Shown: positions 9,801-17,944 of the stretch, piece by piece
Layout: every line of letters begins with the position of its first letter
Numbering within the stretch: position 1 is the stretch's first letter
Notes under the pieces: generated by a model
Database searches by the model: none
What the model was told of the DNA's origin: nothing
The model's input: the letters and a program-made list of their open reading frames with translations, nothing else
Translations under genes and position numbers: made by a program
Source: Verrucomicrobiota bacterium
GTDB taxonomy: Bacteria > Verrucomicrobiota > Verrucomicrobiia > Verrucomicrobiales > DEV007
Assembly (NCBI GenBank): GCA_045046875.1
Contig: JASFYY010000107.1
Coordinates: 1-39,260 of the forward strand
Reading direction: 5' to 3'
Length of the DNA: 39,260 nt

Positions 9801-10601
9801 ATCCAAGCCAAGCCGGGCGAACAGAGCTAGAACGTCCGTATTAAAAAACTTTCGCCCCTCCAGCATCTCCGCACACTCCCGGATCTCCCGTTCTCCTGGT
9901 AGAAAAATAAGCAAGTCTCCTTGTTTATCCATATCTGTCACCCACTCAACCGCCCGCGCCACATGCCGCGAAAGCTCCTCGCCATCCGACAGCGGCGGCA
10001 GAAAAAAGTCCTCCACCGGAAAAGTCCGCCCCTCCACATTCACCACCGGCGCCCCATCAAAATAATCCGAAAACTTCCCTGCATCCAAGGTAGCCGAACT
10101 GACCACAATGCGCAGGTCTTTCCTTCGTTTGATCAAATTTTTAAGATACCCGAGAATGAAATCGATATTCAAACTGCGCTCATGCGCCTCATCGATGATC
10201 AAAGTATCGTATTGCGACAAATTTCGATCCCGCTGCGTTTCCGCCAGCAAAATACCATCCGTCATAAACTTGATCACGGTCTCCTGCTGCACCTTTTCAA
10301 TAAAACGCACCTGATAACCCACCCGTCCCCCCAGCTCAGAACCCATTTCCCCCGCCACCCGACGCGCCACCGTTGCCGCCGCCAGGCGCCTTGGCTGAGT
10401 ACAGCCCACCCGCCCTGTCTTGCCCTCTTCACACGCCAGCATATAAGCCATCTTCGGTAGCTGTGTCGTTTTTCCGCTACCCGTCTCCCCCACCACGATC
10501 ACCACTTGATGCTCCCGCATCGCCGCCATGATCTCATCACGCCGATTCGCCACCGGAAGATCCGGGTATTTAATATTTGGAACAGGAAGGGCGACTGGCA
10601 T
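6885..10601 (-). CDS. hrpA: ATP-dependent RNA helicase HrpA
   Basis: 1238 aa. GETGSGKTTQ, TQPRRLAA, DEAHER, SAT, ATNVAETS, QRRGRCGR motifs, HA2 region and long HrpA-type C-terminus. Confidence 0.95.
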   Translation of the reverse strand: MPVALPVPNIKYPDLPVANRRDEIMAAMREHQVVIVVGETGSGKTTQLPKMAYMLACEEGKTGRVGCTQPRRLAAATVARRVAGEMGSELGGRVGYQVRFIEKVQQETVIKFMTDGILLAETQRDRNLSQYDTLIIDEAHERSLNIDFILGYLKNLIKRRKDLRIVVSSATLDAGKFSDYFDGAPVVNVEGRTFPVEDFFLPPLSDGEELSRHVARAVEWVTDMDKQGDLLIFLPGEREIRECAEMLEGRKFFNTDVLALFARLGLDEQERVFNVDGARRRVVLATNVAETSVTIPGIVYVIDSGQARVSRWNPARQIQGLQIEQISQASARQRRGRCGRISEGVCVRLYSEEILDLADEYTDPEIRRTSLAGVILRMKSLHLPDVREFPFLSPPSGKAISEGHRTLEEVGAMVPLSAKGGARGNLTDLGYKLARLPLDPRLGRMLIEGSRRKVLDAVLVMVGGMSVMDVRERPQDKQNEADKAHGKFNDEDSDFLTLLHIWSAVGQFRDKRRFKRNQLRKFCKQNYLSFRRVMEWDQIVGELGRLVRDTLKVKTRALPAERSQWGDEDEMHKSLMAGIPMQFGFWDKEKRAYRSTGGREFAIFPGSGLFGKQKPEWLLGFELVETTRVWARKVTKMDVKWVEELVPQLCRHSYHSPRWNEAQGAVYGKETVRCGGLTLVDGRRVFYGRVNPAEAHEVFVREAVLGGGLRTKGAFLQHLDDVRGQVEKIEHKLRRSGGVWSEAEVFDFFLTRIPEAICTAKDFQKWRTTEDNEKQLMVTMQDCVWGEIDDLDAFPDAVWYGEKCYNVSYAERPGERADGLVFEIGMDEIVDFPDHLPSWAVRGLLEERVYLLIRTLPKNQRQLCSPGRVAAQEFVTEWDGWEPVRFLCDELADFLSKRIEQRIELGMFEPDSLPDELRPKVRVWSEGGQEMGLSEDVAEIRRQLSGLMRERREILVNEEWEMTGGEEWGFGDIPEVAEDGVFPALVDEGEAVGMRAFLDRSQADESHRAGCIRLFQIEQKSQVDYVRRQLPLGMLGKMMLPVMDSGEGELVVDLLRVACEGALGKVMPRTEDSFVTAAASGKSELYECARKVTGAFESMIESERRISDWIEGHREDRHLAVVADDLSQELEWLLSVGFVWRAGYDRFSDYVRYFSAMEERLKRLNSLPLFKDEEKRERVQRQWNRWFPAWREDPGNTELWAAGWLLMEWRVAEFAPSFPRKVKVSEKRVEELIDSLAW

Positions 10602-10702
10602 TCACTGAAAGTCAAGATTCCAGCGGCAGAGTCAAGCAGGAGCTTCGTGGAGAATCTCTCTATTCCGCTCGCTTTTTGATCAATTTTTATCCATATTCAG
10701 GC

Positions 10703-12073
10703 GTGAGTGGTCAAAAAACATCTGAAAGCAGAAGCCTTGCTCGAAATTTGGCCATCACTTTTTCTGTTTTTGTCCTGCTATCCTCCTTGCTGCTTACGGC
10801 ATGGATGACTTGGCGGCAACAACAGCAATCCTTACAAGAGCTCAAAAAACTGGCTTCGACCAACGCCTCTGTTGTCACCGAACTGCGCCTGCCAAAATCC
10901 CGCGAACTGGCAAAAAAACTCTCCCACATTCTCGACGTCGGAGTGGGTTTCCATTTCAAAAACGGGGAACCTGGTGACTGGCCGCAGCCCTTGAATGAGG
11001 TGATCGAAGACCTGGTCAAAACACACACTTCGGCAGCGACCCGTGCCCATGGTTACGCCATCGCGATTGCTCCCTTTCCCGATGACAACACTTCGCTGAT
11101 CCTTCTCCGCCAGAACAAAAATTGGTTTTCCCACCTACTCGGAGCGGCTCTCATCCCCGCTGCCGTGTTCGCCCTCGCCTGCGCCATACTCGCAATTCTG
11201 ATTGGCCGCAGCCTGGTCAAACCTCTCACCACCCTCGCTGACTGGTTGCCCAACTTGAACAGCGAAGCCGATGAAAAACACCAAGCCATCCCCACTGCCA
11301 TCACTCAGCGTCGCGATGAAATAGGAATGCTCGCCCAAGCCCTGGAACAAACCTGCCAGAATCTGCGCCACGAACAACAACTGCGCCGACAATCGGAACG
11401 CCTCGCCACCCTCGGCCGCATCGCGACCAGCCTGGCTCATGAAATAAGAAACCCAGCTGCTGCCATCGGCCTGCATGCCGACCTGCTCGCTGAATCCGTG
11501 AGCGAAGCCGACCGACAATCCATCGAACTGATTCGCGAAGAAGTGGATCGGATCACCGATCTGGTCAATCAATGGCTTTTTGTCGCCCGCTCTGCTCCCA
11601 CCCGAAAAGAGCCCCATGATTTGAGCCAGTTGATCAACAACGTCTCCCGCCGCTTGCGTCCGGTTTTGGAACACGCCCACGCAGAACTCATTATCCAACT
11701 TCCCGATAACACGCCTGTCTCGGTGCAAGTAGATGCTCCCAGAATAGAACAAAGCCTGCGTAACCTATTCATCAACGCTGCCCAGGCCATGCCCGAAGGC
11801 GGTAAAATTCTGGTCAAATTAAAAACCTCCGGCAACTCGGCAATTCTCACCATCGAAGACGAGGGCAAAGGTTTCAGCGAACAAGCCCTGCTCCACTTCG
11901 GCGAAGCTTTTTTCTCCGAAAAAGAAGGAGGCATGGGCATCGGCCTGACTCTCGCTTGTGAAGTGATTGAGGCTCACGGAGGAATTCTCAAACCTGGCAG
12001 CTCAAGTTCCCCGCCTGGAGCATGCCTCACCCTAACCCTTCCACTCGACAATAGCTCCCCTCATCTAAAATGA
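10703..12073 (+). CDS. Membrane sensor histidine kinase (2 TM, HAMP, HisKA, HATPase)
   Basis: H-box AHEIRNP, N-box NLFINAAQA, DEGKG, FFSEK, GMGIGL. Start uncertain; GTG 10703 chosen to avoid overlap with hrpA. Confidence 0.9.
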   Translation: MSGQKTSESRSLARNLAITFSVFVLLSSLLLTAWMTWRQQQQSLQELKKLASTNASVVTELRLPKSRELAKKLSHILDVGVGFHFKNGEPGDWPQPLNEVIEDLVKTHTSAATRAHGYAIAIAPFPDDNTSLILLRQNKNWFSHLLGAALIPAAVFALACAILAILIGRSLVKPLTTLADWLPNLNSEADEKHQAIPTAITQRRDEIGMLAQALEQTCQNLRHEQQLRRQSERLATLGRIATSLAHEIRNPAAAIGLHADLLAESVSEADRQSIELIREEVDRITDLVNQWLFVARSAPTRKEPHDLSQLINNVSRRLRPVLEHAHAELIIQLPDNTPVSVQVDAPRIEQSLRNLFINAAQAMPEGGKILVKLKTSGNSAILTIEDEGKGFSEQALLHFGEAFFSEKEGGMGIGLTLACEVIEAHGGILKPGSSSSPPGACLTLTLPLDNSSPHLK

Positions 12074-13386
12074 ACCCGCCACGCATCCTCATCGTTGAAG
12101 ACGAACGAGCCCTGGGCCTGGCCTTGGCGGCAGCCGTTCGCCAAAGCGGCGCCCACAGCGAAATCGCCCCCACTGCGGCACTTGCGCGACGATATTTAAA
12201 TGAAAGCAAGCTGGCCTTTTCAGCCATGATCCTCGACATCGGTTTGCCGGATGAAAACGGCTTGGACTTCCTCGCCAGCCTGCCTGAAGCATTAAAAATT
12301 CCAAGCCTGGTGATCACCGCCCATGGAGAAATCGAAAATACCATCACCGCACGCAAACTAGGAGTCAGTGAATTTCTCACCAAACCGCTCGATTTTGCTC
12401 TCTTCAAAAAAGCCCTGCAACGCATCCTGCCAAAAGCTCCAAGCGAAGCTCTTGCCACCCCCAGCCGCAACAGCGCGGCCTTCATCGGAGCCTCACCCGC
12501 GATGCGACCGGTCTTCCAACAAATTGCCCACGCCTGTGCCACCAGTGGCCCTGTCCTTATTTCAGGTGATACAGGCACGGGCAAATCACTTGCCGCTTCG
12601 CTTATCCTGCAAAATGGTCACGGTGCAGGGAAACCCTCTTCACACTTCCAACCCGGAGCCGGAGAACTGGACAAAGAACTTCAACTCGCCCTGGATCACG
12701 CCGCAGAGGGAACCCTGATTCTAGAGAACATCGAACAGTTGCATCAGGACTCACAAAAAGAGCTGGTGAAACGTTGGGAAAAGGACGGAGATCATTTCCC
12801 TCAAATCGTGGCTACCTGCAATGGCAACTTATGCCAATCGGTAGAGTCGGGTGACTTTCGCAGCGATCTCTATTATCGCTTGCAAGTGCTCGAAGTGAAA
12901 CTGCCCGCTCTACGCGAACGAATTGAAGACCTGCCCGCTCTTTTCGATTTTTTCCTAGGCGAACTCAAACCCGAGCAAGCCTTATCCCTCGATGAGCCCG
13001 CCATGCACTGCCTGCAAAATCATAACTGGCCAGGGAACTTACGTGAACTGCGCAATGTGGCCTCCTACGCAGTGACCGTGAGCTCGGGCAGTTACAAAAT
13101 AGAGTCCTCCCATTTACCCGCACATTTATCTGCAGATCTCACGCAAAATACAAACCACGATACAAACCTTGAATCAGAAAAGCTCAAGCAAGCCCTCGAC
13201 CAATGGATTTCGTCCCAACTCAATAGCTCACAGGAAAACCCACCGCCCAGTTACCGCGACCTTGCAGGAAAAGTAGAACAGCTACTCATCAAACAACTGC
13301 TCAAACGCTTTGACGGAAAACTCTCACGACTAGCCACTGAAATGAACGCCAACAGAACCACTTTGCGTAAAAAACTAAAAGAGTGA
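12070..13386 (+). CDS. NtrC-family response regulator (REC, degenerate AAA+, Fis-HTH) lacking GAFTGA
   Basis: 438 aa, 4-bp overlap with the kinase. REC (VEDE, LDIGLPD, KP), Walker A GDTGTGKS, FRSDLYYRL, WPGNLREL, C-terminal NRTTLRKKL. Confidence 0.9.
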   Translation: MNPPRILIVEDERALGLALAAAVRQSGAHSEIAPTAALARRYLNESKLAFSAMILDIGLPDENGLDFLASLPEALKIPSLVITAHGEIENTITARKLGVSEFLTKPLDFALFKKALQRILPKAPSEALATPSRNSAAFIGASPAMRPVFQQIAHACATSGPVLISGDTGTGKSLAASLILQNGHGAGKPSSHFQPGAGELDKELQLALDHAAEGTLILENIEQLHQDSQKELVKRWEKDGDHFPQIVATCNGNLCQSVESGDFRSDLYYRLQVLEVKLPALRERIEDLPALFDFFLGELKPEQALSLDEPAMHCLQNHNWPGNLRELRNVASYAVTVSSGSYKIESSHLPAHLSADLTQNTNHDTNLESEKLKQALDQWISSQLNSSQENPPPSYRDLAGKVEQLLIKQLLKRFDGKLSRLATEMNANRTTLRKKLKE

Positions 13387-13395
13387 ATCTGCCCC

Positions 13396-13434
13396 TGAAC
13401 AGTTTTTAACCCCTCGCTGGACAATTTTTATCCA
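13396..13434. promoter_or_regulatory. Tandem 17-bp dyad sites, putative response-regulator binding sites
   Basis: tgaacagtttttaaccc (13396-13412) and tggacaatttttatcca (13418-13434), 22-bp period, upstream of the TonB-dependent receptor. Confidence 0.55.
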
Positions 13435-13496
13435 CTTTCCAAAAGTCTTCAACTAGCCCTTGTTCAAACACCCAATCTTGCTTTCCTGTAAGCCGC

Positions 13497-15671
13497 ATGA
13501 CCAAAATTTTCACCTCCTGGAAAACACTGCTTGCCCTGCTCCCACTAGCTTCAGCCGAATTGTTTACAACAGGGACTCAAGCTCAAGAAGACACCCTGGC
13601 GAGCACCACTGTCAGCTCTCAGACGGATTCCACTCTGGTCATCGACGATACCGAACCCTACATCGTCACCGCATCACGAGTGAGCGAAAGCACCCTCGAC
13701 ACCCCCTACATCGTCGAACGCATCGACGACACCGTGATGATCGAACGCGCCATCCGCAGCGTGCCCGAAGCACTCGAACAAACCCCGGGCGTTGTCGTCC
13801 AGAAAACTTCCAACGGCCAGGGATCGCCCATCATCCGCGGCTTCACCGCCTACCACAATCTTTTCCTCGTCGATGGCATCCGGCTCAACAACGCCGCCTT
13901 CCGCTCCGGCCCCAATCAATATTGGAACACCGTCGATTCACAAGGGCTCAGTGCGATTGAATTGGTCAAAAGCCAGGGCTCGGTCATCTACGGAGCCGAC
14001 GCCGTCGGTGGCACCCTGCAGGCGATCACCCGCCGTCCGCTTTACGCCGAATCAGGCTTCCTAGCCAGTGGACGCTCCTACAGCCGTTACGCCTCGGGTG
14101 AAAACAGCTACATCCAACGCCTCGAAGCTTCGGTCAGTGAAGCCGGCAAATACGGGCTGATCATCGGCGGCACCTACAAAGACTTCGGCAACATCCGCGC
14201 CGCCGGACTCGGAACCCTGCCCAAAACCGGTTATCAGGAGTGGGACTTCGATGCCAAACTGGAAGTTTTTCTTAATGAAGACACCCGCCTGACTTTATTT
14301 CACCAACAAGTGCAAGTGGACAATGCCTGGCGCACCCACAAAACCATCTACGGCAAAAGCTGGCGCGGCACCAGCCTCGGCAACGAACGCGCCCGCATCC
14401 TCGATCAGGATCGCATGCTTTCTTACATTCAATTGGAAGGCGCAGCCGACAACCTGCTGTTTGATCACTACACCATCAGCCTGTCACGCCAACAGCAGCA
14501 AGAAGAACGCTACCGCGAACGCAGTGATCGCCGGGTGGATGTGCAAGGTTTCGACCTCACCTCTTACGGAGCCTGGGCTCAGTTTGATCGCGAACTGGAT
14601 TTCACCCACCTCACCTATGGCGCCAGTTATTATCAAGATCGAGCCAATTCCTACCGCAACGATTACAATGCCGACGGCTCATTCAAAAGCCGCGCCATCC
14701 AGGGGCCTATCGGAGATGATGGCAAATACCATCTGGTCGGAGCCTTCCTCAACAGCTCCACCTCCATCGGCGAACGCCTGACCGCCGACATCGGCGCTCG
14801 TTACACTTACGCCAAAGCCGACATCGGCAAAGTGCAGTCGCCAGCCACTGGAAAACAAATTTCCATTGCCAATCACTGGAGCAACGTGGTCGGCAGCGGG
14901 CGCCTGTCCTGGCAACTTGATCAGGAAAATCACTGGCGAGCCTTTGGCGGTATTTCCCAGGCCTTCCGCGCACCGAATTTTTCCGACCTGTCACGACTGG
15001 ACTCCAACCGCAGCAATGAAATCGAAACTCCAGTGCCTAATCTCGATCCGGAAAAATTCCTGACTTATGAAATCGGCATCAAAACCCAGGGCGAACGGCT
15101 ATCGGGCAGCCTTTCTTATTATTACACCCAAGTCAACGACCTCATTCTACGCACCCCTACCGGCCGCATCGTCGACGGACTCAACGAAGTCACCAAGCAG
15201 AACGTTGGTGATGGTTATGTGCACGGAGTCGAGCTCGCAGGAAATTACCAGATCAATACCGTGGTTTCCGTTTTCGGTGGTTTCGCTTACCAGAACAGTA
15301 AAGTTTCAACCTTCCCCACCTCACAACCCATCATTCGCGACGAGCCGCTCAGCCGCCTGATGCCCACCAACGGCTACGGCGGAGTCCGGCTCGATCTCGC
15401 CGACGGCAAATACTGGATCGAAGGACTGGTGACCGCAGTAGGCCGTGGCGACCGGCTCAGCACCCGCGACATCCGCGACACCCAACGCATCCCCCCCGGC
15501 GGCACCCCCGCTTACTGGTTAGCTACCCTGCGCGGCGGTTGGCAAGCACGCGACAACATTCTACTCACCGCCGCTGTGGAAAACCTCGCCGATCAAGCCT
15601 ATCGCGCCCACGGATCAGGACAAAACGAACCGGGTATCAATGTGGTGCTTGGCGCAGAGATCAGATTCTAG
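13497..15671 (+). CDS. TonB-dependent outer-membrane receptor
   Basis: 724 aa. Signal peptide, TonB-box-like IVTASR, plug motifs (PGV, IRGF, LVDG, IELVK...YG...GG), FRAP, ENLAD..Y, C-terminal Phe. Confidence 0.95.
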   Translation: MTKIFTSWKTLLALLPLASAELFTTGTQAQEDTLASTTVSSQTDSTLVIDDTEPYIVTASRVSESTLDTPYIVERIDDTVMIERAIRSVPEALEQTPGVVVQKTSNGQGSPIIRGFTAYHNLFLVDGIRLNNAAFRSGPNQYWNTVDSQGLSAIELVKSQGSVIYGADAVGGTLQAITRRPLYAESGFLASGRSYSRYASGENSYIQRLEASVSEAGKYGLIIGGTYKDFGNIRAAGLGTLPKTGYQEWDFDAKLEVFLNEDTRLTLFHQQVQVDNAWRTHKTIYGKSWRGTSLGNERARILDQDRMLSYIQLEGAADNLLFDHYTISLSRQQQQEERYRERSDRRVDVQGFDLTSYGAWAQFDRELDFTHLTYGASYYQDRANSYRNDYNADGSFKSRAIQGPIGDDGKYHLVGAFLNSSTSIGERLTADIGARYTYAKADIGKVQSPATGKQISIANHWSNVVGSGRLSWQLDQENHWRAFGGISQAFRAPNFSDLSRLDSNRSNEIETPVPNLDPEKFLTYEIGIKTQGERLSGSLSYYYTQVNDLILRTPTGRIVDGLNEVTKQNVGDGYVHGVELAGNYQINTVVSVFGGFAYQNSKVSTFPTSQPIIRDEPLSRLMPTNGYGGVRLDLADGKYWIEGLVTAVGRGDRLSTRDIRDTQRIPPGGTPAYWLATLRGGWQARDNILLTAAVENLADQAYRAHGSGQNEPGINVVLGAEIRF

Positions 15672-15683
15672 TATTATATCACC

Positions 15684-16433
15684 GTGTTACCACTTCACAC
15701 CGCCAACCTACCCAAACAGGACGACCGCCGATCGGCGAAACGCCGTCCTGCCGTCGCGTTGCTGGTTTCTGTGACCCTACATTTGCTGATCGCACTCGCC
15801 TTGCTGCTGATCCCCCGACCGGATCCACCTTTGAAAAATGCCCCGACCACGCCTCAGTTCACCCTGCATTTTTCTAGTGATCAAGATCTACTGGCGACTT
15901 CCCCAGCAGCTCCTCCCCAAAACAATACTCAAACCCCCTCCCAAATTCTTCCACCCCGCCAGCACGCAGCGCCCGCCCCTCTTAGTCCTAGCATTTTTCC
16001 TGCGCTACCAGCGCTCACCATTTCCGCTACCTTCGCCACCAATGAAAACGTCGCGACTACAATAGAACTCACCTCGACCAGTATTGATTTCCCCCGGCCA
16101 AAAGCACAACCATCCACCCTCCCCCAACACAAAAGCTCCGCTTCATCCGCCACCACCGGCAAACTCGCTGCCGCCCGCCCCTCAAAAAGGCGCGCACCGA
16201 TCTACCCTAAAATCGCCCGCAAAAAAGGCTACCAAGGAACCTCAGTCTTCATCGCCACCATCAACCCCGACGGCAGCATCAAAGAGCTAAAGTTATCAAA
16301 AACCTCCGGCCACGCCATTCTGGACCGTGCCGCCAAAGAAGCCCTGCGCCACTGGAAGTTCACCCCCGCCAAACGCAACGGCATCACCATTGCCTCCCAA
16401 CTGCGCATCCCGATCATCTTCCGCTTGGGGTGA
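15684..16433 (+). CDS. tonB: Energy transducer TonB
   Basis: 249 aa. TM helix with SVTLH (SxxxH) motif, Pro-rich linker, C-terminal YP..AR..G.QG...SG...LD.AA...WKF.PA domain. Confidence 0.9.
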   Translation: MLPLHTANLPKQDDRRSAKRRPAVALLVSVTLHLLIALALLLIPRPDPPLKNAPTTPQFTLHFSSDQDLLATSPAAPPQNNTQTPSQILPPRQHAAPAPLSPSIFPALPALTISATFATNENVATTIELTSTSIDFPRPKAQPSTLPQHKSSASSATTGKLAAARPSKRRAPIYPKIARKKGYQGTSVFIATINPDGSIKELKLSKTSGHAILDRAAKEALRHWKFTPAKRNGITIASQLRIPIIFRLG

Positions 16434-16466
16434 ACACAGGACATGCAACTGACCTCACAAGGATTC
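16405..16466 (+). repeat. 62-bp direct repeat, copy 1 (tonB 3' end, spacer, phyH first 8 codons)
   Basis: gcatcccgatcatcttccgcttggggtgaacacaggacatgcaactgacctcacaaggattc; 61/62 identical to 17079-17140. Confidence 0.97.
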
Positions 16467-16476
16467 TTAAAAACCA

Positions 16477-16791
16477 CTAGCTTGCCAATCCAAGCCACAA
16501 CTTGAGAGCTTGCTCCACCTTCTGCAAAGTATCGTCATCAACCTTGCTGATCCGCCGCATATATTTTGCGTTTGAAATACTGCCTATAAGCTGCACAGCA
16601 AAAGCCCCCTCCCTCATTCCCCTTGCACGGTGAACCACATCAAAACGCCCTTGATCCCATACACTTGTGGTACGCGGAATGTATGTCACAATCGCCCGTT
16701 CATCATCGGTGTAGTTGACACTGAGCACCAGAACAGGACGCACCTTTCCGGTATAACCAAGGTCTGCCAGCCAGATTTCGCCACGCGTCAT
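16477..16791 (-). CDS. Type II toxin, PemK/MazF family endoribonuclease
   Basis: 104 aa. RGEIWLADL...GKVRPVLVLS N-terminus, IP.TT, Q..SIS...L..V..AL...LGL C-terminus. Confidence 0.9.
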   Translation of the reverse strand: MTRGEIWLADLGYTGKVRPVLVLSVNYTDDERAIVTYIPRTTSVWDQGRFDVVHRARGMREGAFAVQLIGSISNAKYMRRISKVDDDTLQKVEQALKLWLGLAS

Positions 16792-16967
16792 TACTCAATC
16801 AGTTGACTGTTTCCACCATCCTCATCATCCAGCATTTGGGCAACCATTGCCGACGAGGCACTCGCATCTTGCTCCAGCTCATAACGTTCAAGCCATTGCC
16901 TGAATTGACCGTAATCCTTTTGCGGCAAGCGCTCAATAGCTTGTTCGATTTCTAAAACGGTAGTCAT
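16791..16967 (-). CDS. Putative antitoxin, 58 aa (absent from the ORF track)
   Basis: MTTVLEIEQAIERLPQKDYGQFRQWLERYELEQDASASSAMVAQMLDDEDGGNSQLIE; small, acidic, TAATG stop/start overlap with the toxin. Confidence 0.8.
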   Translation of the reverse strand: MTTVLEIEQAIERLPQKDYGQFRQWLERYELEQDASASSAMVAQMLDDEDGGNSQLIE

Positions 16968-17078
16968 AGTCGCAGGATAACTTACCTATCTCGGTTTTGC
17001 GAGTTTATATTTTCTCCCATCACAAGCAAGCGAAGCCCCTATTCACTTGTATTTCTGCACTATAAACCTCAACATTAT

Positions 17079-17140
17079 GCATCCCGATCATCTTCCGCTT
17101 GGGGTGAACACAGGACATGCAACTAACCTCACAAGGATTC
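17079..17140 (+). repeat. 62-bp direct repeat, copy 2
   Basis: Same as 16405-16466 except one synonymous change (CTG/CTA Leu); contains the functional phyH start codon. Confidence 0.97.
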
Positions 17141-17779
17141 GAAATTCATCGCAGGGTTTTACCTGAAGCCGAGCTGAAAAAGTTTCGCATCATTTGCGAT
17201 CAACTGATCAAAGATGCCGGCACCACTTGTGTCCGCCATATCGATCATCTCTCTGATCCCATAAAAAACCTCTCCACCAACCCTTGTTTGCTCAACTTGA
17301 TCCCAGCCCACCTCTCCCTCGTCAGAAGCATCCTCTTCGACAAAACTATTTCAAAAAACTGGCCAGTCGCCTGGCATCAGGATTTAACCATCGCTCTCAA
17401 ACACAAAATCGAATTGCCCGCTTACGCCCCTTGGTCAGTCAAAGATGGCGTGCCTCACGTTCAACCGCCGACAGAGCTGCTGCAATCCATGACCACCATC
17501 CGCATCCACCTCGATGACACCCCGGCGGAAAATGGAGCCCTGCGAGTGATCCCAGCCAGTCATCAGCTCGGCAAAATCCCCAGCAAAGATATCCCAATCC
17601 ACAGCGCCCGATCCATCCACATCTGTGAATGCCAAGCTGGCGACATCCTCACCATGTCCCCACTGATCCTGCACTCCTCCCCACGCTCCACCCACCCCTC
17701 CCGAAGAAGAGTGATCCATTTCGAATACGCCCCCCTCAAAAAACTGGATAGTCGCCTGCAGTGGCATAGCTCTCCATGA
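17117..17779 (+). CDS. Phytanoyl-CoA dioxygenase (PhyH) family Fe(II)/2-oxoglutarate oxygenase
   Basis: 220 aa. WHQD (HxD), IHLDD...NGAL.VIP.SH, distal His LHSS, RRVIH. Confidence 0.88.
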   Translation: MQLTSQGFEIHRRVLPEAELKKFRIICDQLIKDAGTTCVRHIDHLSDPIKNLSTNPCLLNLIPAHLSLVRSILFDKTISKNWPVAWHQDLTIALKHKIELPAYAPWSVKDGVPHVQPPTELLQSMTTIRIHLDDTPAENGALRVIPASHQLGKIPSKDIPIHSARSIHICECQAGDILTMSPLILHSSPRSTHPSRRRVIHFEYAPLKKLDSRLQWHSSP

Positions 17780-17944
17780 GTCACAGCTCAAATAATTTCC
17801 GCTAAAGAAATATCCAACTCAACTCTTATTATCCAGAGCTCTTTGATTTCGATAACCTGTGAGTCTCTAGGAAAAAGGTTGTTCTTTATGATAATTTTAA
17901 AGATTGCCAACTAGGGCTATACTTGCGAAAACAAAGAGATTAGC

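Noticed and set aside
8886..9830. Long antisense or alternate-frame ORFs (also 2147-2866, 23200-23874, 29513-30232, 31709-32500)
   Set aside because: Shadow ORFs of well-supported genes, with no recognisable motifs.
13465..13485. Functional sigma-54 (-24/-12) promoter
   Set aside because: TTGC is present but the invariant GG at -24 is absent and the spacing is off by one.
13497..15671. Haem receptor call, linked to the IsdG-like gene at 35303
   Set aside because: No His in the FRAP/NPNL loop, and the monooxygenase is about 20 kb away in another transcription unit.
16405..17140. CRISPR array or tRNA-type att site for the 62-bp repeat
   Set aside because: Only two copies, 674 bp apart, made of coding-junction sequence; no cas genes, tRNA fold or integrase.
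17788..17910. 40-codon minus-strand ORF upstream of parD
   Set aside because: TTG start, no RBS, no motif; it overlaps the probable parD promoter (tatact at 17918-17923).
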